A stretch of DNA of 64,000 bases from Camelus dromedarius (lineage: Eukaryota): positions 97,528,001 through 97,592,000 of the forward strand of contig NC_087437.1 in the NCBI RefSeq assembly GCF_036321535.1, in the 5' to 3' direction. Of the stretch, positions 14,155 through 27,118 are shown one piece after another; the stretch's first letter is position 1, and each line of letters opens with the position of its first letter. Below the pieces are notes generated by a model. It did no database searches and was not told the DNA's origin. It saw only the letters and a list, made by a program, of their open reading frames with translations. The translations under genes were made by a program, and so were the position numbers.

Positions 14155-14200
<46 letters not shown>
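14155..14200. repeat. (TG)23 microsatellite
   Basis: Perfect dinucleotide run read directly. Confidence 0.97.
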
Positions 14201-14202
<2 letters not shown>

Positions 14203-14587
14203 CAGTTACTTTTTTAAATTATAAACACAAGTAAATATCACAAAGGGTACAAGATTCATCTCGGAAGAAGAAACGTTATATACACGATAAAATCAGAAAG
14301 AAAAAGAAACAACTCATGATGGCGGGTAATCTAATCACAGGTTATCAATACATCACCGAGTTTGTGCATTTAAAGTCTGAGTAGGAAGAGATCTGTAGAA
14401 ATTGTTGACTTTGTTCTTCTATCTCCTCTGTTTAATGACAATTATAAGAATGCTAGAATTAAAAAAAATAATTGTAGCTACATTCATTAAAGAAAGCTTT
14501 TGTAAATTCCTTTTCCCTGTTGAACTCTTTGGGAAAGGTCAGCTGTGGGAGAGAAGGAAGAAATGACAAAGAGAAAGAAGATCTGGA

Positions 14588-14712
14588 AACGTCGGGAGCC
14601 GCCGGGCTCCGCGGAGGAGGGAGAACACAGCGTGGACGTCGCGCGGGCAGGACCCGGTGGAGGAATAAACCTGCAAGAACGGCAGTGGCCACAAGGACCC
14701 ATCTGGGGGCGT
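14588..14712. other. Small CpG-dense patch (about 14 CpG in about 125 bp)
   Basis: Counted by eye in acgtcgggagccgccgggctccgcgg..gcgtggacgtcgcgcgggcaggacccgg..; the surrounding window is strongly CpG-depleted. Confidence 0.85.
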
Positions 14713-15269
14713 TTATATATTTTAGAGCCTTGACTGTCCCTCCTACCTGGGGAATGGTGGGCATCAGCTACTGGCTGCTATAGGAAAGTCATTCTGTGCC
14801 CAATTAATGAGTGATCTGCTAGGCTTGGGTCGTACTACAGAGCCAAGGAAAAGAGGCACAATTTTTTAAAATCAGTTTTTAATAAACTGAGGCAGGAGGC
14901 AACAGTAAAGAGCACTGCCAGTTGGCCTGGTCTCCTGAGACGGACTACACGCTGCCAGAAGCGAAATGTTTGCCACGTGCCAGCCGAAGGGCAGAGACAC
15001 ACATACATCTTCCTTGTTAAATAAAAAGGGGACAGGGATTCGAGGGAACGGGACTTTAACTTCTATGAATTAAGTTCAGCGAAGAACGTGAAGAAAGGAA
15101 AACCCAGAAGTGGCTGTTTAGATAGTTAAGGTCAAAATAATTTTCTTCCTTTTAAAATACTGAATGCGTACATAAGACAAATGCATGAGGCGTTAAGAGT
15201 AAAACAAACAAAAAAAAATAGTCCCCATTTAAACACCATACAGCTTAAGATAAAAAAGAAAAAAACTTG

Positions 15270-15790
15270 AACCCATGAAGCTCTGTGAGGGCGCCCCCAT
15301 GCTCACATCGCCCTCCCCCACAAAGGTTACCATTATCCTGCATCTGGCGTTTCCCATCCCCTTCTTATTAGTAGTACCTACCCCTAACTAATATGTTGTT
15401 GTTTAGTGTTAAATGCTTTTGAATTTTATTCAGATAGACTCAGGAAGTATACGTCTTTCTGTGATGTGCTACTTTCACTGGACATTACGTTCCTGAGATC
15501 CGTCCTGCTGACCCTCATTCACCCCGCTGAGTAGGATTCTATCGTGCAAATACACTGATCCGTCCACCTATTCCGTCAGCGCTGGGTGTCCCATTACTGT
15601 GGGCAGAGTGGCGACGAGCACGCTTGTACGTGTGTCCTGATGCGCATATGCAGGAGCTTCTCACTGCCTTCTAGGAGCCAAGTTCCTGCGTCGCTCGGTG
15701 TCAGCATCTTCAAACTCCAAATTCCAAACTGTTTTCTAAACCAGGTATGACAACTGATAATCTCATCAGCAGAGTAAAAGTGCTACAGTT
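15270..15790 (-). mobile_element. Ancient L1 (L1ME-like) 3' fragment, unusually CpG/GC-rich
   Basis: aaaggttaccattatcctg..ttttgaattttat..ctttcactggacattacgttcctgagatccgtcc..gctgagtaggattc..cttgtacgtgtgtcctg..catcttcaa..ccaaactgttttc..catcagcagagt follows the recalled antisense L1ME 3' order. Confidence 0.75.
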
Positions 15791-18499
15791 TTCTCGTGCT
15801 CAAATGGTTATTCCCATGGTCCAACACATTTACCAAATTCCTTATTGTTTACGACACTAAGAGAAAACAACTTGCATTTTATGTGCAGACTCAATTTCTT
15901 GGTCTATCACTGTTTGTTGCCTACTCCAGGACATAAACCTGAGCACCTAAATTCTGTCTCCTTGTCACAATATTTTATGTGAGATAAACTAACAGCATTG
16001 AAAAGTCAGGAATTCTCTGGCTGTCATAAGAGAGTATTAATCTGCAAATTTGATTATTGGGTCACGGACAGAAAGGACACACCTCTTAGTATAAATTAAG
16101 GTCTAAGAATGCCCAGAATTCGCAGACATCATGTACACAGGCATATTGTCTCTGGTCTCAAGACCAAATTCCAGGCTAGACTGTTGGACCACTAGAAACA
16201 TCTACATCTTATTAAATTATGCTTACATGAAGTTAAAGCATTTTAATATAATTATGCCTGAAGCTCATCATCATTCAAAGTCCCAAAGTGCTTTTGTTGG
16301 ATGATGAACCAGACCATAGATCCAGGTCCTAACTGATAAGTAAGACGCACTCTCACTGGCACGTAAAGTGCGTGCCAGTCTTTACTGATGGAAAGAAAGC
16401 TCTGTCACAAATGCGTATTGATTTCAGGAATATATACGAGTGTAGTGTGGGCCCTTTCATTATGAGAGAAAGGAGGGGACAGGGATCAGCTTTAACTAAT
16501 GAATGCACTAAAAATAATACCTTTGCCTGTTTCAATTTAGTCTTCATTTCCTCTGTCCGTGTTTAGCGATACTTTTCATGGGGAACATCAGTGCATCAAT
16601 AATACACAAGTTAAATGACTCTACCCTGAGAAATAGGATTAGCATGGTTTCTAAAATCCACATTATTTTGAGGGAGGCTTCAGTCCTTGTGGAGTTACAG
16701 TATATTTTAATTCCTACTTAAGTTACAGACTGTTCAGGAGGAAATCATTTTTATAGTTAATATAGCATTAATAAAAACCCTATGGTCACATATATCACTT
16801 TGGTCTCACTTGCTTTTAAGTTGCTTACAGATGTATACCATACGGCAAGATAAATATTTAAATTCTTTAAAGAGATCCTTTGGAAAACTGAAAAGCGAAC
16901 TGTGGTGGCAGAAATGTGGCTATTGTAACAATGCCTGCCTTGACAATCATGTACTCGGTCAAGGCAGAACACAAATTTGATGTTGACCTTTATAATAAAC
17001 ACATGGAAAGCAGGAAATACAGCCAGTAACAAGAACGTACATAAAAAATCCAGTTACTTGGGAGAAATGCCAATATGAAGAGAAAATATTTTCCATGGGG
17101 CCCTCACAGACAGAATATTTAATCATGATAGCAAAGCACAGCTCACAAAGAAGCAATTGTGTGGGTCCAGTTAGACAGATCTCTGATGGTTTCCCTTCAT
17201 CCTGAAATAGGTTTTAGATTCTATGGTAAAATGGATGCCTGCTTTTCTCCAGACCATCTTCCATAAATGTTTTTTCTCTTAGCCAAGTGTCGGAACGGTA
17301 TCAAGCTGCAGTGAATTTGAGATTATGGTCCCTGATAAATACCAGGGAAATTTTAATTCTATGTTTGCACTTACAAACAGACCTGCACACTCTAAAACTC
17401 AACTAAACTGTGTGGAGTACAAGCTCCTCATGTGGGAAGAAGAGACCAGATAAAGATGAGCCTGAACAGAAAACCACACAATTTCTGACTTAAAATGGGT
17501 ACAGGCAGTCCTGGCAGGCAGAGCTCAGAGCCTCCTCAGAAGACGCCTGGGTCCACTCCAGTGCGGAGAGAAATGGCACATGAGGCCAACAGCTGCACTC
17601 CTTCAAGCGTGGAGGCAATCATTTGTTGAATAACATTTGGGAAAATGACTGCCTGGAAAAAAAAAAAAAAAAAAAAGGAAGAGAGAAAAGGAGGACAAGA
17701 GGAAGGAAGAAATGATCATCTCCGGAGTACTTAATTTTGAGTGACAAAAATTCCTGAAATACTTTCCAAAATAAACTGGTGGCAAAATATCCCACTTGGA
17801 GACAGAATTAGACTACTTGATGTATGAAACAGTTGTAAACTAGTCGAGTGAAGGACTGAGAAATTAATCATATACACTGGCTAAAAGTAGAAATTGAGAA
17901 CAGAGACTAACAAAATATAAGTGACCGTTAAACCTATCTTGGCATTCCTTATCTATTCTATACATATATATAAACACATATTATATGCGTGTGTGTGTGT
18001 GTGTGTGTAAATTGCATGCCTTTCTCTATAGCTTGTATCTTCAAATTCTCCATAGTTTTTACCTAGTGTATGAGACCTTGTCTGGCTTCACTTGCTTTTC
18101 CTTAATCTGCCTGGCTCCTAAAGATAGCAAAGTTTGGGCTCCCTGTGCATCTTTATTTAACAGTAGAATGTGGGAAAGTGGTAAAACATAAAACCAGTGG
18201 GAAATTTTTTTAAAGGATTTTTATATATTAGAGTCTAATAGCAGCTAGAAGTGACTCAGATTAACTGAAAAGTGTGTGCAAGAATTTTACTAAAATCGTT
18301 TCAAAGAGTTCACACCATAGAAACATGACTCAAGCAATGCAGGAGTCTGCCACACGAGGGCGATAGATGGCCAGCTTTCTTACTTGAAAATAAAATGAAA
18401 AAGTTTATGAAAACAAGATTTTGATACAAACAATAATTATGTTCTCTCAAAGAGCATGAAGAATTTTACTTCTTGAATATTTCCTGACCCCATATGTAG

Positions 18500-18975
18500 T
18501 TCATAATATGACTTAAATAATTTGACTTTTGCTCTCACATCTACTCCACCTCCCAGCCCCTGTCAATTTTTCAAACAACCCAAGAATTTTCCAATGTAAA
18601 GGTGCTTGCACATCCTGTTTATCTCTAACTAGGGCACTCCCCTGACTCTGCCCCAGTCTTTCAGATCCTAGTTTAAATGCAATTTTCTTAGAGAGGGCTC
18701 ACCTAGTCACATTTTCTAAAGCAAGTCTCTTTCACACAGCATGCAACACTTATGTAGTTTCCCCCCACCCTCGTGTATTTCAATCATGGTATTTATCCAA
18801 ATTTACAAGTATTTTACTTGTGCACTTTCCTATTTGACTTTGTCAATTTCCTCCAGTGTGCTCTGAGCTGATGAGGTTAAAACTCTATCTCTCTGGGTCA
18901 TTTTTTTTTAATCCCCAGAACATATTACAGGGAAATGTAAGAGCTTCAAAAATGATTTGTTGAATGAATGAATGA
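18500..18975 (+). mobile_element. L2 3' fragment
   Basis: tttcagatcctagtttaaatgc..tcttagagagg..atccccagaac..atttgttgaatgaatgaatga (typical L2 tail). Confidence 0.75.
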
Positions 18976-21900
18976 GTTCCATGGCTGTGGCTTATTTTCC
19001 CCCCAACCTACAAGCTCAACTGAGCCCCATACTCCTACATAAATCTTTACAGTAATAATAACAACAATAGTAAGTATCACCTGATATTTTCCTACCAATA
19101 GACCTGAGAGCTTGTCTAGAGGTTATAGCAATTAAGGATTGTGCTGATACACTCTTGGTTAAACACTACCTCTCTTCTATTCAGAAACCTGTCCTTCTTT
19201 GGAGAGGGCAGGGGCACAGACTTAAGAAGAATGCAACAAACCGAAGGAAGAATGTTATTACCCTGGTCCATTTCATCATACTTTTGTCATGGATTTTAGT
19301 CCTTACTCCAAGACCCATATCACCCTTGCTGCCTTGTTCTGCATGTACCCTTATTAAGGCAGAAATGTAGAAAAATGGTTATGGTGGAGTCTGATGCTCT
19401 CCATTCTCACCCATGATGAGAACAACATAATGTTCCTTTTCCTCCCAGCTTTACAGACATTTGCCACTACATACACAATGGTCACTTATAATTATCACTA
19501 ATAGAGGGATATTAAAAATATCTGTTTATGGGGGATTAAGTTGGAGAACACCAACACTCAACATAGTGCAATGTTATGAAGCAACAGAGAAGAAGATAGA
19601 CAAAACACGTGGGGCAGAGGGGAACGGTGGTAGGGCCAAGTGATCAAAGGCAGTCTTCACACAGTCCCATGATAATGTGGAGTCCAAAGGGGAGACTGTC
19701 TGCCCACTGATATTTACTCCATGCACAGTAGGATCCCACAGCACAGGCTGTTGATTAAGTAAATGACTGCTTCTTGAAAACTTGAATAGAAGCCAGAGTT
19801 GACTGGACATAGGTGTTGCTGTGTTTTCCGCCACTGAAGAGCTGGCTAGGGAGAAGGTCTGCATCTCAGGGCTTCCTTTACCAAAGGCTGAACAATCCAG
19901 GCAGACTGCAGAGAATACTAGCTCCTTCCCAGCCCTGGTCTTTGGAGAGCAGAGGATCAAACCTGATAAGGACTAAGGACAATTCTGAACTTAAAGGATG
20001 ATTTTTGGCCCCATATGTCAGCGGCTTTAGGGCTGTGCTGTCTCCTCTTTCTCACCTATAGTAGACACCACATGGGCCCAGCACTGGAGAAAAAGAGTAG
20101 TGATGAAAAAAGGACCAGTAAAAATTCCAGGGCTCAAGATGACACATTTCTAAGTACAAAGGGAAGGAATATTCCTGGGACCAATAGGGAAAAAGGCACC
20201 TTAAAAGCACAAGGCATCATTTCCTTACATGTAAAGGCTGAATATTAATGGACAAAATCTACAGGACAATGATCTGTAGGGCAAAAGCAGACCAGAATTA
20301 TCTGTGTGCTTTAAATAGTTTTATATGTAAGATTTTAATAACTTCCTAGAAGTCAAAAGCATTATTCTAGATATTTGGATACTCCATCCTTTTTTATCTC
20401 CAAGATTCAGGAACTGTATATTAAGGGTAAAAATAGGATTGCAACAAATCTAAATTTTGTGAAAGTCAAATAAAAAAATTTGGGCAGATGTGAATAATTG
20501 CATACATACAATGCAGCACAAAAATGCTTCCTCAGTGGAACACAGTCATTAAATGAATAAATTTTTCATAGTAGCACTGCTATTCTGTTCAGTTTCTATT
20601 TTAATCTCTGATATTCATACACACATCTGCACACCTGGAAAACATCTGATACTGTTTAGAAAAGAACAACTTTTATCGAAGTTCTTAAATACACCTGCAC
20701 ATCACATTAAAAATCAAGTCTTTTGCTCATTTAATTTCTTTAAAATCATGTCACTATACTAATGACGTATTCTATCTTTTTGACAACCTGGTCTTTTTAG
20801 AAAGCTTTATCCAACTTTCTCAAAAATATAAAATGACTGTATTTAAAGTTAAGATGAAATTAAGTCATCTTTAATTTGTTTTTGGCAGTTTAGTACATAC
20901 ATATATTTATTTTTTCTGTGTGTGCATCTATGTGTATTTCTTAGAGGTTAATGAGCTTTGGAAGACATTCATCAATTGTTGCCTGTCAAGGATTTTCTGG
21001 TTTTCTTGGGTTTTAAAATCTCAGAATCATCTAGGTTTGTTCTTCTTCTCTCTCTGTCTCTATCTCTGTCTCTGTCTCTCTTCACACACACATATACCTC
21101 CCTTCGTGCTGACAACTCTGAGATTTCAGATGATCAAGAAAAATGAAAGCATTACCTAAACATCTTTTAAAGTTGAAGTGCATTCATGTCAGTGAAAAGC
21201 AGTGTGTTTCTGTCATTACAAGCAAAATTACAGCATTCTCTATTTCCAAATGCCAATAATGTAGGAATCAATCCATAGAAAATGTCAGAAGCAATAATTA
21301 AATAAATGTCAACAGAATGACCTTATAATTTTAAGCCCAACTCAGAAAAAGTCTTACGTTACATACAAATTTCAATTCATCTGATATTAATGCCTAGAGG
21401 TATTTTTTGATATTAAGAATATGAAAGAATGTAAAATTTCATCTAGTTACAAGTTCTTTAAAATTAGATGGAAAAGATATTTCTTGAGATTTCATCAAAG
21501 TTTTAAAATTTAGTTGGAAAAAAATATATATATATATTTCTTAAGAGCTGAAGTAAATGTATTCAATGTACAAACAAGGGAACAGCATGGGTGGGGAACA
21601 GAGCTCTGTGATGAGTCAGGAGAGTCAGGTAGTCCTCGCCCACTGCGTCCAAGGGCTATGAGCTACGGGACTTCCTCCTGGAGGCTTGTAGTCCCTGATA
21701 CCAACTCTAAATAGGTTTGCATTAGTAGCCACCCCACCCCCGCCACAAAACAAAAAGATAAAAGAAAAAGAAAAACACCCATTCAATAAATATTGTGGTC
21801 AAAGTAACTAGTCATAATGCATCAGAGACATGTAGAATGACATTATCTTCCTCAGTAGAAAGATTTAGAATTAAGCATAGAGTAATTTGAGTAGCTTCAG

Positions 21901-23399
21901 TTACATTTTTAGTGGGTATATATATTTTCTCCATTCAAGAGTATTTACCATTAAATATAGAAATACTTGAAAGATTTTGAATCATGGAAGGTAGTTTTGC
22001 ATTGGGAAGAAATCAGTGTATATTTGGAACTGCATATATCTGCAATATTTAAAAGAATCTAACCATAAGAGTAATTGTTTAAAAGTATATCAAATGTATA
22101 AATGTACAATTAAATACTTGATATAGATACTTGATTTTAAATATCTTACTTTTATCATAGAAAGTATTGGAATATTCACAAAACTTTTGGGTTCACCATA
22201 TTTATTGTTCTTATAAGAATGAAATTATCAGGGAAATGTTTGTTGATAGAGTAAATCGAAGAACTTAAAAATGAAACAATATATTACAATTAGAAGCACT
22301 CATGAATTAGAATGATAGCTTCATAATTTAAAATATGCAATTAATTGCTTGATTTAGACATAGAATTTTACATTGATATCTTATTGTTTATATATTGTTT
22401 TGGAATAACCAGAAGAAATTTTGATTCACTAAATTTGTTAATTAAATTTATAAAAGCTATCTAGATGCCCAGAATTAACTTGTCAGAAAATTGAAGCACT
22501 TAAAAATAAAATGTTATTTAAATTTATAAATAAATTTTAAAATATTTGGAGATGTTTACATTTATTAAAAGATTAAGTATTATTCAAAACCCTTAAAATA
22601 ACTGTTAAACATTCGTGGATTTATAAATAAAATTAGTGATGAAAAAGCCTAAGGAAGGATAGTTTTCTAAATCTGTAAATTTAGTAAACTGAATAGCAAC
22701 TGTTAAAAATAAGCTCCAGAACTTTTCTCTTTACAGAAAGACGACAACAAAATTATAAGGGTTGCACTAATTTTAATAAAAATAAGATATTATTTAACAG
22801 AGGACCAATAAATCACTTCCATGCAATTTACAGAATTCAAAGGAACTTCAAGATGATATGCAGTTTATTTGCTGTGCAGATTTTGACCAGCTTTACCCGT
22901 GATATTAATTAATCTGAGCTGTTTATCCATCCACATTCTCTATGGAAATACATTTCTCAAAGCCATTCATTGTATTAGACACATATATCCCTTGTCTTCT
23001 TCAGCCACATTCAAACTATGAGGTTCAGTGGGGTAAATTTTGGCTGACAAGCAAATGTGCTTGCTATAAATTCAATAAGAACCTTTTCTCCCTTATTAGT
23101 CAAATGAATTCCTTCATTTTGCCCTATAGACAGGTGTCGTAAGGATGAGACTCATTAGGAAGTATTCTCCAACAGGGAAAATGTTTATGTAAGCTTATTA
23201 GTATGCTCTTTTTTAATGAAAGGTAATTGAAAGTTTCTTTGAATGGCTTTTTCTTAAGGGAATAGGAAAAATAAACAGATGTTTTCATCACAAGCACCAT
23301 TTACCAAGAGACCCAAAATGCACAGCATTTATGACAAGAAAGCAAGTTGAAGTGATTGTCTAAACTTGTACAAGTATATACTCATTGTTCTCATCAACT

Positions 23400-23900
23400 G
23401 GATTTCTAATTCCTAGGAGCATGACTGGGTTTCTCTTTCAACTCAATCCATCATTCTTCAAAATGACTATTTCAATCTTTCCAAATATACACAATCCTCT
23501 GAATCATACTCAATTCTCTTTACTCTTTGCCTTTTTCTTCCTTGAGACAAACAGAATCCATGAACAGGAAACGGTGTTGTTTCCTTCCCTAAACGAACCT
23601 AAAATCAGTCTGTACTATGACCACTTCCTCTGTCTGCTCAGGAATATTACAGAATCAATTATCTAGTTTCTTCCACCTTAAATGATCCACCTTAAATGAC
23701 CCACATTCTCCTGATCCTGTGTTTTTCTGCTAAACTTTTCCATACAACTGTCAATACCCTTATTCCTAAATCTTTATATCTTATTTATTCCTCTACACAG
23801 TCCAGTCTCATTCCTGTTTTATGATTTATCTAAGCAGTGGTATTCACTACTGAACCAAAGAGCTAATCACTATTTTTCCTTTTCCAGACTTCATGTCTTG
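23400..23900 (+). mobile_element. Degenerate L2 ORF2 region, 5' part of an element interrupted by LTR16
   Basis: Pyrimidine-rich L2-like text, collinear with the L2 resuming at about 24400. Weak similarity only. Confidence 0.45.
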
Positions 23901-23984
23901 ACTGGGTAAGATGGGTAAGATTACCAGATACAAGCTTGAAGATCTTTTTAAAAAAAAAATTATATGCATATATATTTTTTCACA

Positions 23985-24340
23985 TGCTTTAGGCTGGGTT
24001 CCCTGGGATATCTCAGGCTGGGTTCCAAGATTCCCTGGGAAATTTCAGATGGATATTAACAAGAGAGATATCTACTGCAAAATTCTCTTTGGATCAATAC
24101 CCAGGAAAGAAGGGGGAAGAAGCATGATAAGGCAAGGGAAGAAACTGCATTTCATGGAGTGCATGGAGATACCTGGAGCTGGGCTAAAACTTCGGAGTTG
24201 TATCAAGGCCAAAGCTGAGGCAAGGGACTGGGCCTTATTACCACCTCATTAACGAGTTGTCGGTTGCAGGCCACCTCTAGAAGATGCAATTGTATGTGCG
24301 ACAGGTGTTTTCAACTGAAACAATTCTCGAAGAGGGCTGT
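23985..24340 (-). mobile_element. ERVL solo LTR, LTR16-like
   Basis: aggctgggttccctggga..ctctttggatcaatacc..gaagcatgat..ctggagctggg..cttcggagttgt..ggcaagggactgggcctt..caactga..caattctcgaagaggg matches the recalled LTR16A reverse strand. Confidence 0.75.
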
Positions 24341-24399
24341 TATCACAGAACCCACCATAAACTGGAACCCAGTTCTCAGGAAGCTCCTCATACTCCTAT

Positions 24400-25162
24400 A
24401 ACCCCTGCTTCTAGATTGATCTTTACTAGATCTTACTTCTCCACTCAATTTTTTAACGTTAGAATACCCCATGGTTCCTTTCTGTACTCCATCCTACAAT
24501 ATATTCTCTCAAGGCAATCTCACCTCCCATGCTTTTAATAATTCCAGGCTGCAGTAACTCAAGTTTACATCTATACCAGACATTTCACCTAGTTCAAGAC
24601 ATACAGAATCATAGAATTCTTCCCAGACTCCTTCCACCTCCTACTCCTTCCCAAGTAATATATTTTTTTCTTGTTCCACACACAGAAGAAAGCATTTTTA
24701 AAAAATAATGAGATCATGTTACTCTCCTGCTGCAACCATTCTGTGGCTTCCTATTTCCCCTCAGAAGAAGTAAAAAATCCTTAAAATGACTCTTCCAAAG
24801 TTCTGTACTTCTTGATTCACTTTCCCCTCTAACTCCCTCTATTTAATTTCATTCAATCCAGTTTTCTCCTCTTCCATGAAACTAATCTGTATTTATTCTC
24901 AAAACCTCAGCTTAAATGAGATTTTTAAAAGAAAAATGGTAGTTTTTCCCAGAGTTGTCCAGGGATTTTGTCTATAATCTCATGTCACCTTTATATTAAT
25001 TTAAATGGCAATTAAAATAATTTATATAATTCTTTGTTTTTTTCCTGCTTGATTGTAAGTTCCAAGAGGCAGGGAAAAAGTAAGTACTATTTTTAAGTTT
25101 ATGCCTGTGCTTAGCATAAGGTCTGATACACAGAAAAAGTTATATGCATGTATGCTGAATAA
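24400..25162 (+). mobile_element. L2 3' part
   Basis: ccccatggttcc..atctcacctcccatg..gatcatgttactctcctgct..ctcagcttaaatg..gattgtaagttccaagaggcaggg..gtgcttagcataa..tgctgaataaa. Confidence 0.75.
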
Positions 25163-26390
25163 AACAGCATGACCCAAAGAATGAGTTATTCGATAGGCAA
25201 GATTTATAATTAGAATTGGTTACAAAGGCCTATAGGGATACAATGAAGAGGGGTGAGTACCTATTCCCTGAAGGAAGAAAAAAATCTTAATGAAAAATAG
25301 GGAATAGAAATTGGAAAAAGACACAGAGGATGACAAAATAATTTGCTTTTCTGACATTGTCTAAATGACTCAGCAACAAAAGAAGCAAGCCTACATTCCT
25401 CATGGTAAAATGTCTAAATACTGTGAAGCAAATGGAAGCAGGGTTTATCCTGACCTTCGGGGCGAACAGGAGAAAGCAAGGACAGAGAATACTCTGTAGA
25501 TGAGACAGCCAACGTGAAAAAGGGAAGGAACTTGCCCCGAAACAGCTGACTTAAAGCAGCACAGTTAATACTTGAACTAATTTCTTTCTGATGCCCAGAT
25601 GCACAATTTTCTACCGCACCAACACTACTTCAAAGAAATGTGAAGTACTTTTTGTAATAACGGATATCAACTAATTTTTTTCAGTCCCGGCATTAACCAT
25701 TCTGACTCTAGCTTTAGAAATTTCCGTGGAAGGAGAAGGAAAAGGAAAGTAGCTTTGAAGAAAGCACTCTTTTAAGGTAGTAAAATGATTTGGGGATTTT
25801 GTATTTTTCTGTGGAAAGGGGGAGCTAAATCTGTGGTAAAGGGTGAAGGAGGCATACGCATTCGAAATATGACAACATGTGGCCTTAGATACAAGTAGGA
25901 TCAAATGAAAATTTCAATCAGGACTGTCGTTTTTGGATGAAACTGGTTCCAGCCGATAATGAGCACAGACCTCCCAATGCAGATGGGAATTATATGACAC
26001 ATCAAGGTACGTTTCTTTGAAACATACTCTGTGCAATGTGGCTTATGTCGAGTCAATATTTCTTTATTTAACTGCACGCAACTAATGTATGCCTTGAAAA
26101 GCAAGGACATCAAACACTGCATCTTAAAGACTTCTGAAAGAAAAAAAAAAAGGATTTTCTTGTTGCTCTTAAACAGTCTGCTGATTAGTTTGTGGCACAG
26201 AAGAGAGAATCTAGCCTAGCACATCTTCAGCTTCTAATCATGCTTCAAGTGTCGATTGAAAAACAGGGTATCACATTTGAGAAATCTGTTTTGAATCATA
26301 TTGAGATGATCTATGCTGAGATAATTCTTATGTGTCTGCTTTGGGATCTGTCTAGGGGAAGTCTAAAATCAAAAAGGATTTTAGTGTAGG

Positions 26391-26965
26391 TTCATTAATT
26401 CAACAAACTTCATTTTTGAAATACCAAATATATATCAGCCATTGTTTTAGGAAGATTTGGAAATAAAAAGGTATCCTCTATGTTATCTGGTAGAGGAAGA
26501 CAAATAATGAAACGCAATAAAATGTACCACATACAAAGGTGGAAAGGTATGGAAGTCTGGAAATTGCACAAGAGACAAAACAGTCACTTCAACATATGAA
26601 AAGGCAATTCTTAGGCAGATTCATTTAAGAGTCAATACTTGAGCTAAAGCTAGGAAGAGGGGCAGTGTATTTGGGCGTGATTTAGGGGAGGAGAAGGAGT
26701 AAAAGTCAGGGGACCAAAATAAGATGCTTCAACAGGGAGAGTTGAAATAGCGAAGTCTTACAGGTTTGACCCACATTGTGATTTGGGAAATCAGCAGGAA
26801 GTTCGATTAACTGGTGCCTAAGCTGAGAGATGGGGCATGATGTTATATCTGGAAACAGGCAAGGGCTTTCAACATCACACCAAGGAATTTTCACTTTTTT
26901 CTACATGCCATGAGAAGACACTGAAGAGCTTTAAGCAAGACAATGACACGACATCACATAAACAT
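26391..26965 (-). mobile_element. L2 3' fragment
   Basis: ttcattaattcaacaaac..cagccattgttttagg..tctggtagaggaagac..cttgagct..aaggaattttcacttt..gagaagacactgaagagctttaagca. Confidence 0.7.
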
Positions 26966-27080
26966 AGACTCAAGTTAGTGAGATAAAAAGTGTCTTTGTC
27001 AGATGAATTGGGAAGCAGAATTATGCAACTTATCTGCAAGTAAGTACTTTTCCTCATCTTCCCATCCCTCCCCTCCATCA

Positions 27081-27118
27081 AAACAAACAAACAAACAAAC
27101 AAACAAAAAAACAAAAAA
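27081..27118. repeat. (AAAC)n microsatellite
   Basis: Six perfect AAAC units followed by A-rich decay. Confidence 0.9.

Noticed and set aside
14459..14783. Four overlapping ORFs over the CpG patch
   Set aside because: Local high GC lowers stop-codon frequency, which explains them. No recognisable homology.
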